Part shown: one piece after another, positions 37,557-48,088 of the stretch
Position numbering within the stretch: the first letter of the stretch is position 1
How the letters are laid out: each line of letters begins with the position of its first letter
Assembly: GCA_043809315.1 (NCBI GenBank)
Contig: JAZDDX010000027.1
Coordinates: 6,943-70,942 of the forward strand
From: Pseudomonadota bacterium
Lineage (GTDB): Bacteria > Bdellovibrionota_G > JALEGL01 > DATDPG01
DNA: 64,000 nucleotides
Direction of reading: 5' to 3'
Program-made: the position numbers and the translations under genes
The notes under the pieces: generated by a model
The model's database searches: none
What the model saw: only the letters and a program-made list of their open reading frames with translations
What the model was told of the DNA's origin: nothing

Positions 37557-39389
37557 ATGCTTGAGGCGGTGCGAGCGCAGATCGATCGCGCCCCTTTATC
37601 CCCCGGAGTCTATATCTTCCGGGGGGAGGGGAAGAAAATCCTTTATGTCGGGAAGGCGATCCGCCTCCGGGATCGTCTGAAGGCGTACGTCCCTCCCGTC
37701 AAGGACGAACGCCCGTCGGTTCTCCTCCTGGTCCCCCAGATCCGGGAGGTGGAGTGGCTGATCACCGACACCGAGAAAGAGGCGATCCTTCTTGAAAACT
37801 CCCTGATCAAGACCCATCGACCCCGGTACAACATCTCGCTCCGCGACGATAAGTCGTACGTGAGCCTGCGTCTCACGAAACATGCCCATCCTCGTCTCTT
37901 CGTGACCCGGAACATCGTTCGGGACGGAAGCGAGTACTTCGGCCCGTACTCTTCCGCTGCCGGGGTTCGTCAGACGCTCAAACTGATTCAACAGCTCTTC
38001 CGCGTCCGGGATTGCACCGATTCTTTCTATTCTCAGCGCAGCCGCCCCTGTATGCGATACGAAATCAAGCGTTGCACCGCCCCGTGCGTCGCGCTCGTCA
38101 CCCCCGAGGCATATGCGGAGCAGGTGCGCCAGGCGTGCCTCTTCCTGATCGGTCAGAAAGACGAACTGGTCGCCCGTCTCCGGAAGGAAATGGAGGAAGC
38201 GTCGGAGGGGACGAGGTTCGAGGAGGCGGCGCTGCTGCGGGACCGCCTCGCCGACGTGGAGGGAACGCTGGAACCGCAGGAGGTGGAATCGCGCAGTGAC
38301 GAACGGGATGCCGACGCGATCGGTCTCTCGGGGGATGCCGACGCGACGCTGATCAAAGTCCTGAAAATCCGGAAGGGGAGGTTGATCGCGGCGGATGAGT
38401 TCTTGACGGAAGAGCCGGTCGGCTCCTCGTCCGAGATCGTCCGAGCTTTCTTTCAGGAGTACTACCTGGCCGATTATCCGGGGCACGAGATCCCCCCGCA
38501 GCTCCTTCTTCCGATCGACGTGGACGATCAATCCTCCTTTGAGACGCTCTTCGCGGAACGAGCGGGGCACAAGGTGACGCTCTTCGTTCCGAAACGCGGC
38601 GCCGCCCAACGACTCCTCGTCCTCGCGGAGAGGAATGCGGCGTCGGCGTTCGGCGAGCGGAAGCGGAAGACGGAAAAAAACCAGCGGGCGATGAGTGAAC
38701 TTCAATTCAAGCTCAAGCTGCCGCGTCTCCCGAAGCGGATCGAAGGGTATGATATTTCGAACCTCCAAGGAGCAGAGGCCGTCGGATCGATGATCGTCTT
38801 CGTCGACGGCGAACCGGACAAAACGAAATACCGGCAGTTCAACATCCGCTCGGTCAAAGTGCCGGACGACTTCGCCATGCTCCGGGAGATGTTCGAACGC
38901 CGATTCCGAAAGATGAGCGCCGAGAACCGCCCCGACCTGATCCTGGTCGACGGTGGAAGGGGGCAGCTCCGCCAGGCGACGGAGGCGCTCCGGGAGGCGG
39001 GGATGACCGATCTTCCGATCGCATCGATCGCCAAAGAGCGAGAGGCCCAGCCGGACCGGATCTTTCTTCCGGGACAGAAGAACCCGATCCTCTTTCCCCG
39101 CTCATCCCCGGTCCTGCATCTTCTCCAGGGCGTTCGGGATGAGGCGCACCGGTTCGGAATCACCCGTCACCGCCGTGCTCGAAGCAGAGCGACGATCGGA
39201 TCGGTCTTGAACCGGATCCCGGGGATCGGGCCGAAGCGACAGCGCGCGCTCCTGCGGGCGTTCGGGAGCGTCGACGAAATCTCTCGAGCGCCGCTTGAGG
39301 AACTCACGAAGATCTCCGGGATCACGGCTGCGGCGGCTCAATCGATCGCGAAGTTTTTTGCCAAGACGGAGGCTCCGGGGGAGGAATGA
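37557..39389 (+). CDS. uvrC: Excinuclease ABC subunit C.
   Basis: N-terminal GIY-YIG ([19 protein letters not shown]), UvrBC domain, RNase H-like endonuclease domain, and C-terminal HhH. Confidence 0.95.
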   Translation: MLEAVRAQIDRAPLSPGVYIFRGEGKKILYVGKAIRLRDRLKAYVPPVKDERPSVLLLVPQIREVEWLITDTEKEAILLENSLIKTHRPRYNISLRDDKSYVSLRLTKHAHPRLFVTRNIVRDGSEYFGPYSSAAGVRQTLKLIQQLFRVRDCTDSFYSQRSRPCMRYEIKRCTAPCVALVTPEAYAEQVRQACLFLIGQKDELVARLRKEMEEASEGTRFEEAALLRDRLADVEGTLEPQEVESRSDERDADAIGLSGDADATLIKVLKIRKGRLIAADEFLTEEPVGSSSEIVRAFFQEYYLADYPGHEIPPQLLLPIDVDDQSSFETLFAERAGHKVTLFVPKRGAAQRLLVLAERNAASAFGERKRKTEKNQRAMSELQFKLKLPRLPKRIEGYDISNLQGAEAVGSMIVFVDGEPDKTKYRQFNIRSVKVPDDFAMLREMFERRFRKMSAENRPDLILVDGGRGQLRQATEALREAGMTDLPIASIAKEREAQPDRIFLPGQKNPILFPRSSPVLHLLQGVRDEAHRFGITRHRRARSRATIGSVLNRIPGIGPKRQRALLRAFGSVDEISRAPLEELTKISGITAAAAQSIAKFFAKTEAPGEE

Positions 39390-41818
39390 TCTTCGCGCGG
39401 ATCCCGCTCCTCCCGTACTTCGCAAGCTTTGTTCTTGGAATCGTCTGCGCGGAATGGGCAGGTCCCTCGGAGGTTGTCTGGCTTGGCCCGCTGGTAGCGC
39501 TCGTAAGTGCTTGGCTCTGTTGGTTATGCCGCCTTAGGCCCGTGGTGATTTTCCTCCTGTCGTGTTCGGCGTTCGCCGTTGCATTCGAACACAACGTAAA
39601 TGCATCACACGCCCAAGCTCGGCCAGGCGAAGCCTGGCAGGGGATCCCCGACGCTTCCCAAATCTATGAAGGACTCGTTTCGAGCTATCCCCAAACGACC
39701 GAAAGGGGATTTTCCTTCCGGGTCGATCTCCAATCCTGGCAGAGCGAAACCGGCTCGCGCCCGCTCGATCTTTCCGCACAGGTTTCCTTATACGGAACGG
39801 AAGTGCCGAAGCGGGGGGAGAGGATCCGCTTCCGGGCGAATCTTAGAACTCCACGGAACTTCGGGAACGACCGGGAGTTCGATTTCGAGCGGTACGCCCG
39901 AACGCGCGGGGTCGACCTGACCGGTACGATCGGGGATGAATCCCGGTGGGTCCGGGTCGCGCCCGCGAAGGGGTGGTTTCGGAACGCGCTCAATGCCTTC
40001 CGGGAACAGGGGATCGCTCGCGCGGAGAGTTGGTTGCCGCTGGAACAGAGCGCCCTCTTCAAGAGCCTGGTTCTCGGAGACCGAATCAATCTCGATCCAT
40101 CACTTGTTTCCTCATTTCGTGCCGCCGGCGTGATCCATCTGCTTGTGGTCTCCGGCTTTCACGTGGCGGTGATGGCCGCTCTCTTCGCCTGGCTCGCCTC
40201 GTTTCTGGCTGGCCGCTCGGTCGTTCTCCTGCGAACGCTCGGGAGGTGGAGAATCAAAGCCCTAGGGGCGGCTGTTGGTGCCATCTTCTTCTGTTTGTTG
40301 ACCGATCTGCCGATTCCCACCGCGCGCGCGCTCGTAGCGATTCTCCTGGTTCTCTTGGCCGTAGGGTGGGAGCGTCCGCACGACGGCCTTGCCATTTGGA
40401 CGATTGGGGCGTGGCTGATTCTTGGGATCGAACCGCTCTTTCTGTTCGATATCTCGGCGCAACTCTCTTTTGCGGCCGTTCTGGGGATCCTCTTGGCACT
40501 GGAAGCGTTTCCCGTCGTCGATCGGAAGAGCGGCCTCGGACGGGTTTGGACCTGGGGAAAGGGGATCTTCATCGTGACTTGTGGAGCCACGGTGGTGACG
40601 TTGCCGGTGATCGCCTTCCATTTCGGTCGCGTGACGCTCTGGTCCCTCCTGGGGAACTACATCCTTGCGCCGACCTTGGGAACGATTGCGACACCGCTCG
40701 GTTTCGTCGCCGCCTCGCTCGGAGGTCCGTTCCGGATCGCGGGGGATTATCTCTTCCTGTGCTTCAGCCGCCTTCTCGATCTTCTCCTTCCGGTCGTCGG
40801 ATGGTTCCACGGGCTCTCCGGGTCGAACCTCTCGGTTTCTAAACCTTCAGGGCTCTCCCTCCTCGGATATTACGGCTGCTTTGGAGTACTTTACGCACAT
40901 CTGGTTCTTCAGATCCGCCGGATTCGCGTCCTGATGTGCGTTTCTCTTCTCGCGCTTCTTGCTCCTTATGGTGGATCGGCGTTTTTCCGGGATGAGCCCG
41001 CTTCGGAGATCCACATTCTCCACGTCGGGGAGGGGGACGCTACGCTGGTGAGATCTTCGTCGGGCCCTACGATCCTTCTCGACGCCGGACCGGGTGGTTT
41101 TCATCTCTTCGACGCCGGAGAACGGATCGTGATCCCCTGGATGCGGGTCCACGGGGTCGACCGGATCGATCTTCTGGCGATCACGCATGGCGATGCCGAT
41201 CATGTCGGCGGGGCGTTCTCGATCCTGGACGAACTTCCGGTCGGGGAGATCTGGATGCCGCACGATCCGGACTCGCCGATGCTCTGGGTGCTTGCTCGCA
41301 AGGCGCGCCTTCGCGGGATTCCGGTGAAAGAGGTCGACGCGAGAATTTCACCGCTTCGGCGGGAGGGAATGGAGTTGTCGGTGCTCTATCCACCGAAAGA
41401 CATTTCGGCCTCGGGCTGGAGTTCAAACGAACGCTCGGTCGTCTACCGCCTCGAACTTTCCGGGTACCGGATGATCACGGCAGGAGATTTGGACGCGGCG
41501 GGTGAATCCCTCTTATTGAAACGACACCCGGATCTGCGCGCGGAGTTGTTGAAAGTGTCGCATCACGGAAGCCGGACCTCATCGACCCCGCGGTTTCTCG
41601 ATTCTGTCCGGCCGTTCGATGCGGTGATCACCGCCGGCTGGAAGAACCGTTTCGGTCATCCGTCGGCGCAAACGCTCACGAGACTGTCGGAACGCGGAAT
41701 TCGGATTTGGAGGGGGGATTTCTGCGGTGAATTCGCGGTCGAAGTTCGGCCGGACTCTTTTACCATCGACCGGCGATCAGCTTGGCGCGGATCGGATCGA
41801 CCCTCTTGCCGTCTTTAA
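39386..41818 (+). CDS. comEC: DNA internalisation-related competence protein ComEC/Rec2 (competence domain plus metallo-beta-lactamase domain).
   Basis: Polytopic N-terminal membrane domain and a C-terminal MBL domain with HGDADHVGG and HHGS. ATGA overlap with uvrC. Confidence 0.85.
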   Translation: MIFARIPLLPYFASFVLGIVCAEWAGPSEVVWLGPLVALVSAWLCWLCRLRPVVIFLLSCSAFAVAFEHNVNASHAQARPGEAWQGIPDASQIYEGLVSSYPQTTERGFSFRVDLQSWQSETGSRPLDLSAQVSLYGTEVPKRGERIRFRANLRTPRNFGNDREFDFERYARTRGVDLTGTIGDESRWVRVAPAKGWFRNALNAFREQGIARAESWLPLEQSALFKSLVLGDRINLDPSLVSSFRAAGVIHLLVVSGFHVAVMAALFAWLASFLAGRSVVLLRTLGRWRIKALGAAVGAIFFCLLTDLPIPTARALVAILLVLLAVGWERPHDGLAIWTIGAWLILGIEPLFLFDISAQLSFAAVLGILLALEAFPVVDRKSGLGRVWTWGKGIFIVTCGATVVTLPVIAFHFGRVTLWSLLGNYILAPTLGTIATPLGFVAASLGGPFRIAGDYLFLCFSRLLDLLLPVVGWFHGLSGSNLSVSKPSGLSLLGYYGCFGVLYAHLVLQIRRIRVLMCVSLLALLAPYGGSAFFRDEPASEIHILHVGEGDATLVRSSSGPTILLDAGPGGFHLFDAGERIVIPWMRVHGVDRIDLLAITHGDADHVGGAFSILDELPVGEIWMPHDPDSPMLWVLARKARLRGIPVKEVDARISPLRREGMELSVLYPPKDISASGWSSNERSVVYRLELSGYRMITAGDLDAAGESLLLKRHPDLRAELLKVSHHGSRTSSTPRFLDSVRPFDAVITAGWKNRFGHPSAQTLTRLSERGIRIWRGDFCGEFAVEVRPDSFTIDRRSAWRGSDRPSCRL

Positions 41819-42830
41819 TAAGCTCGAAGTGAATGTGGGTTCCGGTGGAATGTCCGGTCGATCCGGCTAGGCCGAGAAGATCCCCCTGTTTCACCCTCTT
41901 GCCGACCTTGACGAGAACCTTCTCGAGGTGCGCGTAACGGCTCTGGTAGCCGTCCGGGTGCTCGACGATGACGATGTTCCCGTACGATCCCCAGTCCCCG
42001 GCCCGGATCACTTTGCCGTCGAGAGCCGCTTTCACCTCGGAGCGGTACTCGGCGCGGAAATCGATTCCGCGGTGGTATTCGATCCCTTCTGCGAACGGAT
42101 CGATCCTTGGACCGTATTGAGAGGTCAATCGGTTCCGGGAGGGGAGACGCAGCGCCTGTTCTTTGCTCTGGGGTTCCGATTTCACCCAAACCGGGGGGGG
42201 ATCTTCGATCGACTCCTCGAGGATGTCGGGACCGGGACCTCCTTGCGGATCGGCGGGAAGCTCGGCCGGATGGTTGGCGGCGCGCTTCTCAAACGCTGGC
42301 GCGGCTTTCAGGATCGCCCGGTTCAGGAGCTTGCCCCCCGCATTGGATCGCATCGCATAAACGGTCAGGACGATTGTCGCGGCGGTGCCGGTGACGATCA
42401 TGAGACCGAAGATGAATTTCAGAAGCGGGAGAAGGCCTCGCCGCCGTGGGCGGACCGAGACATGCGCTGGCTTGGGGCGGTTCCGGGCGTGATCGGCGAA
42501 ACGGAACGGCTTGACCTTGGTCAGGACGTGGGCGTTGACGGCGGCGCGGCGGGATTTCCCGTGGGAAGCGTTCGTCCGCTGTGTGTGGCCGGTTTTCGAA
42601 CGCGGAGGCTGCTTTTCGGTCGTCTCCTGGGACTGGACGGTGAGCGGTACGCCGATCGCCTCCGACTTCCCGTTGGGGGTGACCTGGAGGATCGTCTTGC
42701 AGGTCGGGCAAGGAGTCCGGACGCGATAGGCGATCCGGAAGACGTTCTTACAACCGTCGTAGTCGATCTGTCCCAGGCTCTTGACCGGAACATCGAACGG
42801 CGACTGACAATGTTGGCAGATGACTTTCAT
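41760..42830 (-). CDS. M23 family metallopeptidase with an N-terminal zinc-ribbon (CxxC...CxxC), a TM segment and a C-terminal LytM domain.
   Basis: N-terminus MKVICQHCQSPF...TPCPTCKT. The C-terminus has the HxxxD and HxH motifs of peptidase M23 (YHRGIDF, GSTGHSTGTHIHFE). Confidence 0.8.
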   Translation of the reverse strand: MKVICQHCQSPFDVPVKSLGQIDYDGCKNVFRIAYRVRTPCPTCKTILQVTPNGKSEAIGVPLTVQSQETTEKQPPRSKTGHTQRTNASHGKSRRAAVNAHVLTKVKPFRFADHARNRPKPAHVSVRPRRRGLLPLLKFIFGLMIVTGTAATIVLTVYAMRSNAGGKLLNRAILKAAPAFEKRAANHPAELPADPQGGPGPDILEESIEDPPPVWVKSEPQSKEQALRLPSRNRLTSQYGPRIDPFAEGIEYHRGIDFRAEYRSEVKAALDGKVIRAGDWGSYGNIVIVEHPDGYQSRYAHLEKVLVKVGKRVKQGDLLGLAGSTGHSTGTHIHFELIKDGKRVDPIRAKLIAGRW

Positions 42831-43050
42831 CCCTTACCCAGTCAATTCAAGCTCTTACAGCGCAAAGGACGTGCCAGGTTCAGCGGCGATAACTTGTTGA
42901 TATTTAAAGACTTCGATCGGACCTCAGGGTGCCGAAAATCGGCCCTTGCGGCACAGGTGTCCGGGAGTTGAGCAGACTTGATTTAGCCTCGCGGGAGGGG
43001 TGATATACTCTTTCGACGTGACAGCAATCACCCTAACTTGGAGGTGGGCC

Positions 43051-43299
43051 ATGAATGACAAAGCCGTTTCACGCGATCAGTTGGTCGCCGAACTGCTCGA
43101 TGCGAACACCGAGTTCCGAGCTCTTTTCAAGGAGCATCAGGAACTCGAAGCTCAGATCGAGGAGTTCGGCCGCCGTCGGTTTCTGACGACCGATGAATCA
43201 ATGGAGCGGAAACGGCTGCAGAAGGTGAAACTCCAGGGGAAGGACCGGATGGAGGAGATCCTCCGGTGCCGCGGGACGCAGACAGCCAGCGCGGCCTGA
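43051..43299 (+). CDS. YdcH/DUF465 family small protein.
   Basis: Coiled-coil small protein with DUF465-like pattern (FRALFKEHQELEAQIEEF...). SD GGAGGTG upstream, and a TTGATT...TGaTATACT promoter-like sequence upstream. Confidence 0.6.
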   Translation: MNDKAVSRDQLVAELLDANTEFRALFKEHQELEAQIEEFGRRRFLTTDESMERKRLQKVKLQGKDRMEEILRCRGTQTASAA

Positions 43300-43956
43300 A
43301 TGAATCAGCCTCGTGTCCGCCGTTGGGGCGGCTTGTGCGTGGACGGTTTCCCGTTCATCTTACCTGCCCTTGCGCTCGTGATGATCTTCTCCGGACTTGG
43401 ATTCCTCGGCCCTGCAGTGCTGTTTTTCGTGCTCTTCGTATTCATTGCTTGGTTCTTTCGTGACCCCGAACGATCGGTCCCCTCGGAGACCGGGGCGATC
43501 GTCTCTCCCGCCGACGGAAAGGTGATCGGAGTCTCGACGGTCCCGTACCCGCGGATGCTTGTCGGGCAAGCGACGCGCGTCTCGATCTTCATGTCGGTCT
43601 TCAACGTCCACGTGAACCGGATCCCGTTCGGCGGGATCGTGCGGGACGTGGCGCACAACCCGGGGAAGTTTTTCGCGGCCTATGCCGACAAAGCGTCCGA
43701 ACAGAACGAACAGGCCACGACGCTGATCGACACCGATCGCGGGATCCCGATTCTCGTAGTACAGATCGCCGGGTTGATCGCGCGGCGGATCGCCTGCCGC
43801 GTCTCCCCCGGCGAGCGTGTAACGACTGGGGAGCGATACGGATTGATCCGATTCGGATCGCGTTGCGATCTTTATCTCCCGCCGTCGGCTGACGTTCGTG
43901 TGAAGTCAGGCGATTGCGTCGCGGGGGGAAAAACCGTTCTGGGGGTGTTCCGATGA
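43300..43956 (+). CDS. psd: Phosphatidylserine decarboxylase proenzyme (short archaeal-type).
   Basis: N-terminal TM helix and a short-type PSD domain with the self-cleavage motif FGSR. Confidence 0.85.
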   Translation: MNQPRVRRWGGLCVDGFPFILPALALVMIFSGLGFLGPAVLFFVLFVFIAWFFRDPERSVPSETGAIVSPADGKVIGVSTVPYPRMLVGQATRVSIFMSVFNVHVNRIPFGGIVRDVAHNPGKFFAAYADKASEQNEQATTLIDTDRGIPILVVQIAGLIARRIACRVSPGERVTTGERYGLIRFGSRCDLYLPPSADVRVKSGDCVAGGKTVLGVFR

Positions 43957-44834
43957 AGGACCTGCGCAAGGGAGTCTACATTCTGCCGAACCTGATCACG
44001 TCGACGAGCCTGTTCCTCGGATTCTACGCGATCATCCATGCGATTCAGACGTCGATTTCGGGGGCCCTGAATTATCAGCCGTGCGCTCTGGCGATCATCG
44101 CGTCGGCGGCTTTCGACATGATGGACGGGCGTGTGGCGCGGAAGACGAACACCGCTACAAAGTTCGGCGTCGAATACGATTCGCTGGCCGATCTTGTTTC
44201 GTTCGGCGTAGCGCCGGCCGTGGTGATGTTCCTGTGGACCCTGAACGACCTGGGACGCGCGGGGTGGCTGGCGGCATTCCTGTACATGGCCTGCGGTGCA
44301 CTCCGCCTCGCTCGGTTCAACGTTCAGGTGACCAGCGTCGAGAAGAATTTTTTCCAGGGGCTCCCGATCCCGATGGCGGCGATGATGCTTTCCGGCGCCC
44401 TTCTCATCTGGGAGGGGAAGCCGGTCGGGGAAGTCTCGCTTTTCTTCCCCTTCGACGTGCAGCTCTACCTTCTGGTCTTCACGTACACATTGGGCGCCCT
44501 GATGGTCAGCTCGATCCCGTACCGGAGCTTCAAGTCCCTCAGCCTCACATCCCGGCGTCCGTTTTATTTTCTCGTGTTCGGGGTGATCGGCTTGATGATC
44601 TGGGCGTTCCGGCCGTGGTGGTTCCTCTTCATGCTCGGTTGCCTCTATCTTCTTTCGGGCCCCGTGGAGCGGTACATCCTGCCAAAGCCGATCGGTGCCA
44701 TCCAGCGCGTTCGGAAACGGCGCCGAGTCAACAAGGCCCTCGATCGGATCGACGAGATGTCGACCCTCCCTCCCTCCGCTCCCGATTCCTCGGGTGAAAC
44801 CGACGAAAATGTCCACCCGATTCGCCGCCCTTAA
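43953..44834 (+). CDS. pssA: CDP-diacylglycerol--serine O-phosphatidyltransferase (CDP-alcohol phosphatidyltransferase family).
   Basis: ATGA overlap with psd, the CDP-OH_P_transf motif (DGRVAR...G...DSLAD), and multiple TM helices. Confidence 0.85.
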   Translation: MKDLRKGVYILPNLITSTSLFLGFYAIIHAIQTSISGALNYQPCALAIIASAAFDMMDGRVARKTNTATKFGVEYDSLADLVSFGVAPAVVMFLWTLNDLGRAGWLAAFLYMACGALRLARFNVQVTSVEKNFFQGLPIPMAAMMLSGALLIWEGKPVGEVSLFFPFDVQLYLLVFTYTLGALMVSSIPYRSFKSLSLTSRRPFYFLVFGVIGLMIWAFRPWWFLFMLGCLYLLSGPVERYILPKPIGAIQRVRKRRRVNKALDRIDEMSTLPPSAPDSSGETDENVHPIRRP

Positions 44835-45717
44835 ATTCGTTGTTCTGACCATCGCTGCGTCGATCAGCATCGGTTCTCGATGCATGGCGGACCGTTCCGG
44901 CGCGGTTACCCAGGTCGGTTCCAAAGCTCTGGCGTTGACCGACGAGATGGTCTCGTTCGGGCCTCGCCCCGCCGGCTCGGCGGGGCTTGCGAAGGTCCGG
45001 GAGTGGCTGGCGAAGCAAGCGGCGACACTCGGATACCCCCTCGAGATCGATACCTTCACCGGCGATACTCCGCTGGGTCCGATCGAGATGAAGAACCTTT
45101 CGTACACGATCCGCGGGAGTTCGTCGGGACGGAAAGTCCTTCTCGCCGCGCATTACGACAGCAAGAGATTCATCGGTTTCGATTTCGTCGGTGCGAACGA
45201 CGCTGCGTCGTCGGTTGCCCTTCTTCTCTCGCTCTCTCCGGAGATCGCGAAGAAGCGGCTTCCGTATGACGTGCACGTGGTTTTTCTCGACGGGGAGGAG
45301 GCTCTCGTTCAGTGGACGGCACGGGACAGTCTTTACGGGAGCCGTCATCTTGTGACCCGCCTTTCCTACAAGTCCCCCATTCGTGCGGCGATCGTCGTGG
45401 ATATGATCGGGGACCGGGAGCTGTCTCTGGTGCGGGACGAAGACGTCGATCCACGGTTGATGAAGATTCTGGAGCAAGTACTCGCCGAACGGGGATGGTC
45501 CGACTTGTTGGGAAGGAAAGGGGAGATCATCGAAGACGATCACACGCCGCTGATTCGCGCCGGGATTCCGACGCTCCATCTGATGGATTTCACCTACGGC
45601 GGTCCGGTGAGTCCCGGCCCCTATTGGCATACCCGCGAAGATACGCTCGACAAGATCTCTGCTTCGTCTCTGTCGGCGATCGGGGAGATCGTTCTCGATC
45701 TGCTTCAAAAACTGTAA
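44809..45717 (+). CDS. M28 family zinc peptidase (aminopeptidase-like), secreted.
   Basis: Signal peptide, and M28 metal-binding blocks (HYDS, NDAASSVALLL, DGEE, VVDMIG, HTRED). Confidence 0.7.
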   Translation: MSTRFAALKFVVLTIAASISIGSRCMADRSGAVTQVGSKALALTDEMVSFGPRPAGSAGLAKVREWLAKQAATLGYPLEIDTFTGDTPLGPIEMKNLSYTIRGSSSGRKVLLAAHYDSKRFIGFDFVGANDAASSVALLLSLSPEIAKKRLPYDVHVVFLDGEEALVQWTARDSLYGSRHLVTRLSYKSPIRAAIVVDMIGDRELSLVRDEDVDPRLMKILEQVLAERGWSDLLGRKGEIIEDDHTPLIRAGIPTLHLMDFTYGGPVSPGPYWHTREDTLDKISASSLSAIGEIVLDLLQKL

Positions 45718-45762
45718 GCCGGTTCGTTTGACAGGGAGGGGAGGGGCGTCTACGGTTTTCCG

Positions 45763-46797
45763 ATGAATCCAGGAAAGAAAGAGGGGTATGTCTTCGTTGT
45801 CGTGGGCGCGACCGGAGCGGTCGGGCGCGAAATTCTTTCGATCCTCGCCGAGCGGAAGTTCCCGGTTCGTGAGCTTCGGGCGATCGGTTCGGAACGGTCG
45901 GTTGGGCATGCCATCGAGTTTCAGGGGAAGACGACCGCGGTTCGGGCGCTCGATTCCCAGTCGTTTGTCGGCGCCGACATCGCGTTCTTTACCGCCGGCT
46001 CGAACGTCAGCAAAGAGTACGTTCCTGTGGCGGCCCGGTCCGGGGCTGTCGTCGTCGACAACACCAGCGCATTCCGGATGGATCCCGACGTCCCGCTTGC
46101 CGTGCCCGAAGTGAATCCGGAAGTGCTTCGGGGGATCCCCTCGCGCCGGATTATTTCGGTCCCGAACTGTACGACCGTTCAACTGGTTGTCGCGTTGGCT
46201 CCGCTTCACAAGGCAGCCAAAATCCGGCGGATCGTCGTGTCGACCTATCAGGCGACCTCGGGAGCGGGGCGCCGCGCGATGGAGGAGCTTTCTCGCCAGG
46301 TACAGGATCTTTTTCACCTCCGAGAGGTCGATCCGGACGTTTTTCCCCACCGGATCGCGTTCAACTTGATCCCCGAGATCGGCGGTTTCCATCCGGATGG
46401 CATGTCGATCGAAGAGAAGAAGATCTGCCTGGAAACGCAGAAGATTCTGAGCGATCCGTCGATCGGCGTTTCCGCAACCTCGGTCCGCGTTCCGACGTTT
46501 CACGGGCATGCGGAGTCGATCAACATCGAGACGGAGAAGCCGCTCTCGGCCGAAGAGGCGAGAAAGATCCTTGCCGATGCTCCCGGAGTCACGGTGGTCG
46601 ACGACCCGGGGGAACACGAATATCCGTTGATCAGCGATTCGCACGGAGAGGACGCCGTCCTCGTGGGAAGGATCCGGAACGATCCGTCGCGGGCGAACTG
46701 TCTCAATCTGTGGGTGGTGGCCGACAACCTTCGAAAAGGTGCGGCGTTGAACGGGATTCAGATCCTCGAGAGTTTGATCGCAAACGGCGCGTTGTAA
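45763..46797 (+). CDS. asd: Aspartate-semialdehyde dehydrogenase.
   Basis: N-terminal Rossmann VVGATGAVG, catalytic Cys context (SVPNCTT), and a C-terminal dimerisation domain. Confidence 0.9.
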   Translation: MNPGKKEGYVFVVVGATGAVGREILSILAERKFPVRELRAIGSERSVGHAIEFQGKTTAVRALDSQSFVGADIAFFTAGSNVSKEYVPVAARSGAVVVDNTSAFRMDPDVPLAVPEVNPEVLRGIPSRRIISVPNCTTVQLVVALAPLHKAAKIRRIVVSTYQATSGAGRRAMEELSRQVQDLFHLREVDPDVFPHRIAFNLIPEIGGFHPDGMSIEEKKICLETQKILSDPSIGVSATSVRVPTFHGHAESINIETEKPLSAEEARKILADAPGVTVVDDPGEHEYPLISDSHGEDAVLVGRIRNDPSRANCLNLWVVADNLRKGAALNGIQILESLIANGAL

Positions 46798-46801
46798 CGG
46801 G

Positions 46802-47293
46802 TTACTGAGTCGTCGCGTTGAAATCCCCCCAGGCCGACCCCCCCTCGGCCAAGGTGACATTGAACGTGCCGGAGGCCGACTTCAGTTGGTTGGCGGCATC
46901 GAGAACGATCGATGCGAGCGTCATCGCGCCGGTTGCACCGGTCATGGAAACGGTTTGGGGGGAGAGCCCCATCCTCACCGTGATCGAGGCGGTGAAGGAG
47001 TTTTTTCCGCTCGCGTCGATGTTGTAAGCCTTCGCGGTCGAGCCGCCGAGAGTCAGGGTCATCACATCCCCATCAGGACTCAAGAAGGCGAGGACCAAAG
47101 CCCCGTTCGCGTACGAGGGGCGGAACTCCGTGAAGTAGACCGTCGCGGTTGTTGACTGGTTTCCTTCATTGTCGTTGATCGGCGTGACGTTCGCCGTGAT
47201 CGATGCGATGAGAAGGGGTTGAGTGCAGGGGGCGAGGAAGGGGAGCGTCGCCCACAAAAGAACCGTTCCGACCTTGCGGGGGATCACACCCAT
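46802..47293 (-). CDS. Hypothetical secreted/lipoprotein (Ser/Thr-rich beta-type).
   Basis: Signal peptide with LAPC lipobox. Start at the MGVIPRK ATG. Confidence 0.5.
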   Translation of the reverse strand: MGVIPRKVGTVLLWATLPFLAPCTQPLLIASITANVTPINDNEGNQSTTATVYFTEFRPSYANGALVLAFLSPDGDVMTLTLGGSTAKAYNIDASGKNSFTASITVRMGLSPQTVSMTGATGAMTLASIVLDAANQLKSASGTFNVTLAEGGSAWGDFNATTQ

Positions 47294-47309
47294 AGTATAC
47301 CAGAAGCCG

Positions 47310-48083
47310 ATGACAAAACGACGGGGCCCCCCTCCCGGGACGACACGCACGATCCGTCTCGACGTCCAGTACGAGGGGACCGCCTACGCCGGCTTCCAGT
47401 GCCAGGCAAACGGGGAATCGGTCCAGGCGCTCCTCCAGCGGGCTCTCGTGCGGGTGGCCTCCGAGAAGGTGACCCTCTTCGCGTCGAGCCGAACCGACGC
47501 AGGGGTTCATGCGCGTCAGCAGGTGGTTTCGTTTTCGTTGGGCGGATCGCGGACGCCGGTTCGGGCGTTCGTGGAAGGGACGAACGCCCTCCTCCCGGAG
47601 GATATCCGAGTGGTGGAGGCGGCCGAGGTCGATCTTTGGTTCCACGCGAACCAGGACGCGATCGAAAAAACCTACCGGTATTTTTTCTATTCGGGACGGG
47701 TCCCTTCCGTTTTCCTTCGGCGCTTCGCCTTGCACCTTCGGAAGGAACCGGATTGGCAGGCAGCCGAAGAGGCCGCCAAGCTTCTGGTCGGGAAACACGA
47801 CTTCGCGGCGTTCCGGACGCGCGGAACTCTCACCAAGAGTTCGGTTCGAACCGTTCTCTCCACCCGTTTTAAAGAAGATTCGTACGGACTCCGGTTCTTC
47901 GAAATCCGGGCGGATGGATTCCTGAAACACATGGTTCGGAACATCGTCGGGACGCTTCTCGAGATCGGGCACGGAAAGCGGGAAGTCGGTTCGATCTCCG
48001 CGATTCTCCGTTCGAAAGACCGCCGCTTCGCCGGGGCGACCGCTCCGCCACATGGACTCTTTCTCTGGCGTGTGGTGTACTAG
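47310..48083 (+). CDS. truA: tRNA pseudouridine(38-40) synthase.
   Basis: TruA catalytic Asp motif (SSRTDAGVHA) and overall fold. Start at the MTKRRG ATG. Confidence 0.85.
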   Translation: MTKRRGPPPGTTRTIRLDVQYEGTAYAGFQCQANGESVQALLQRALVRVASEKVTLFASSRTDAGVHARQQVVSFSLGGSRTPVRAFVEGTNALLPEDIRVVEAAEVDLWFHANQDAIEKTYRYFFYSGRVPSVFLRRFALHLRKEPDWQAAEEAAKLLVGKHDFAAFRTRGTLTKSSVRTVLSTRFKEDSYGLRFFEIRADGFLKHMVRNIVGTLLEIGHGKREVGSISAILRSKDRRFAGATAPPHGLFLWRVVY

Positions 48084-48088
48084 CGCCC

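Noticed and set aside
44728-46860. 710-aa minus-strand ORF opposite the M28 peptidase and asd.
   Set aside because: Antisense shadow. The + strand genes have clear catalytic motifs.
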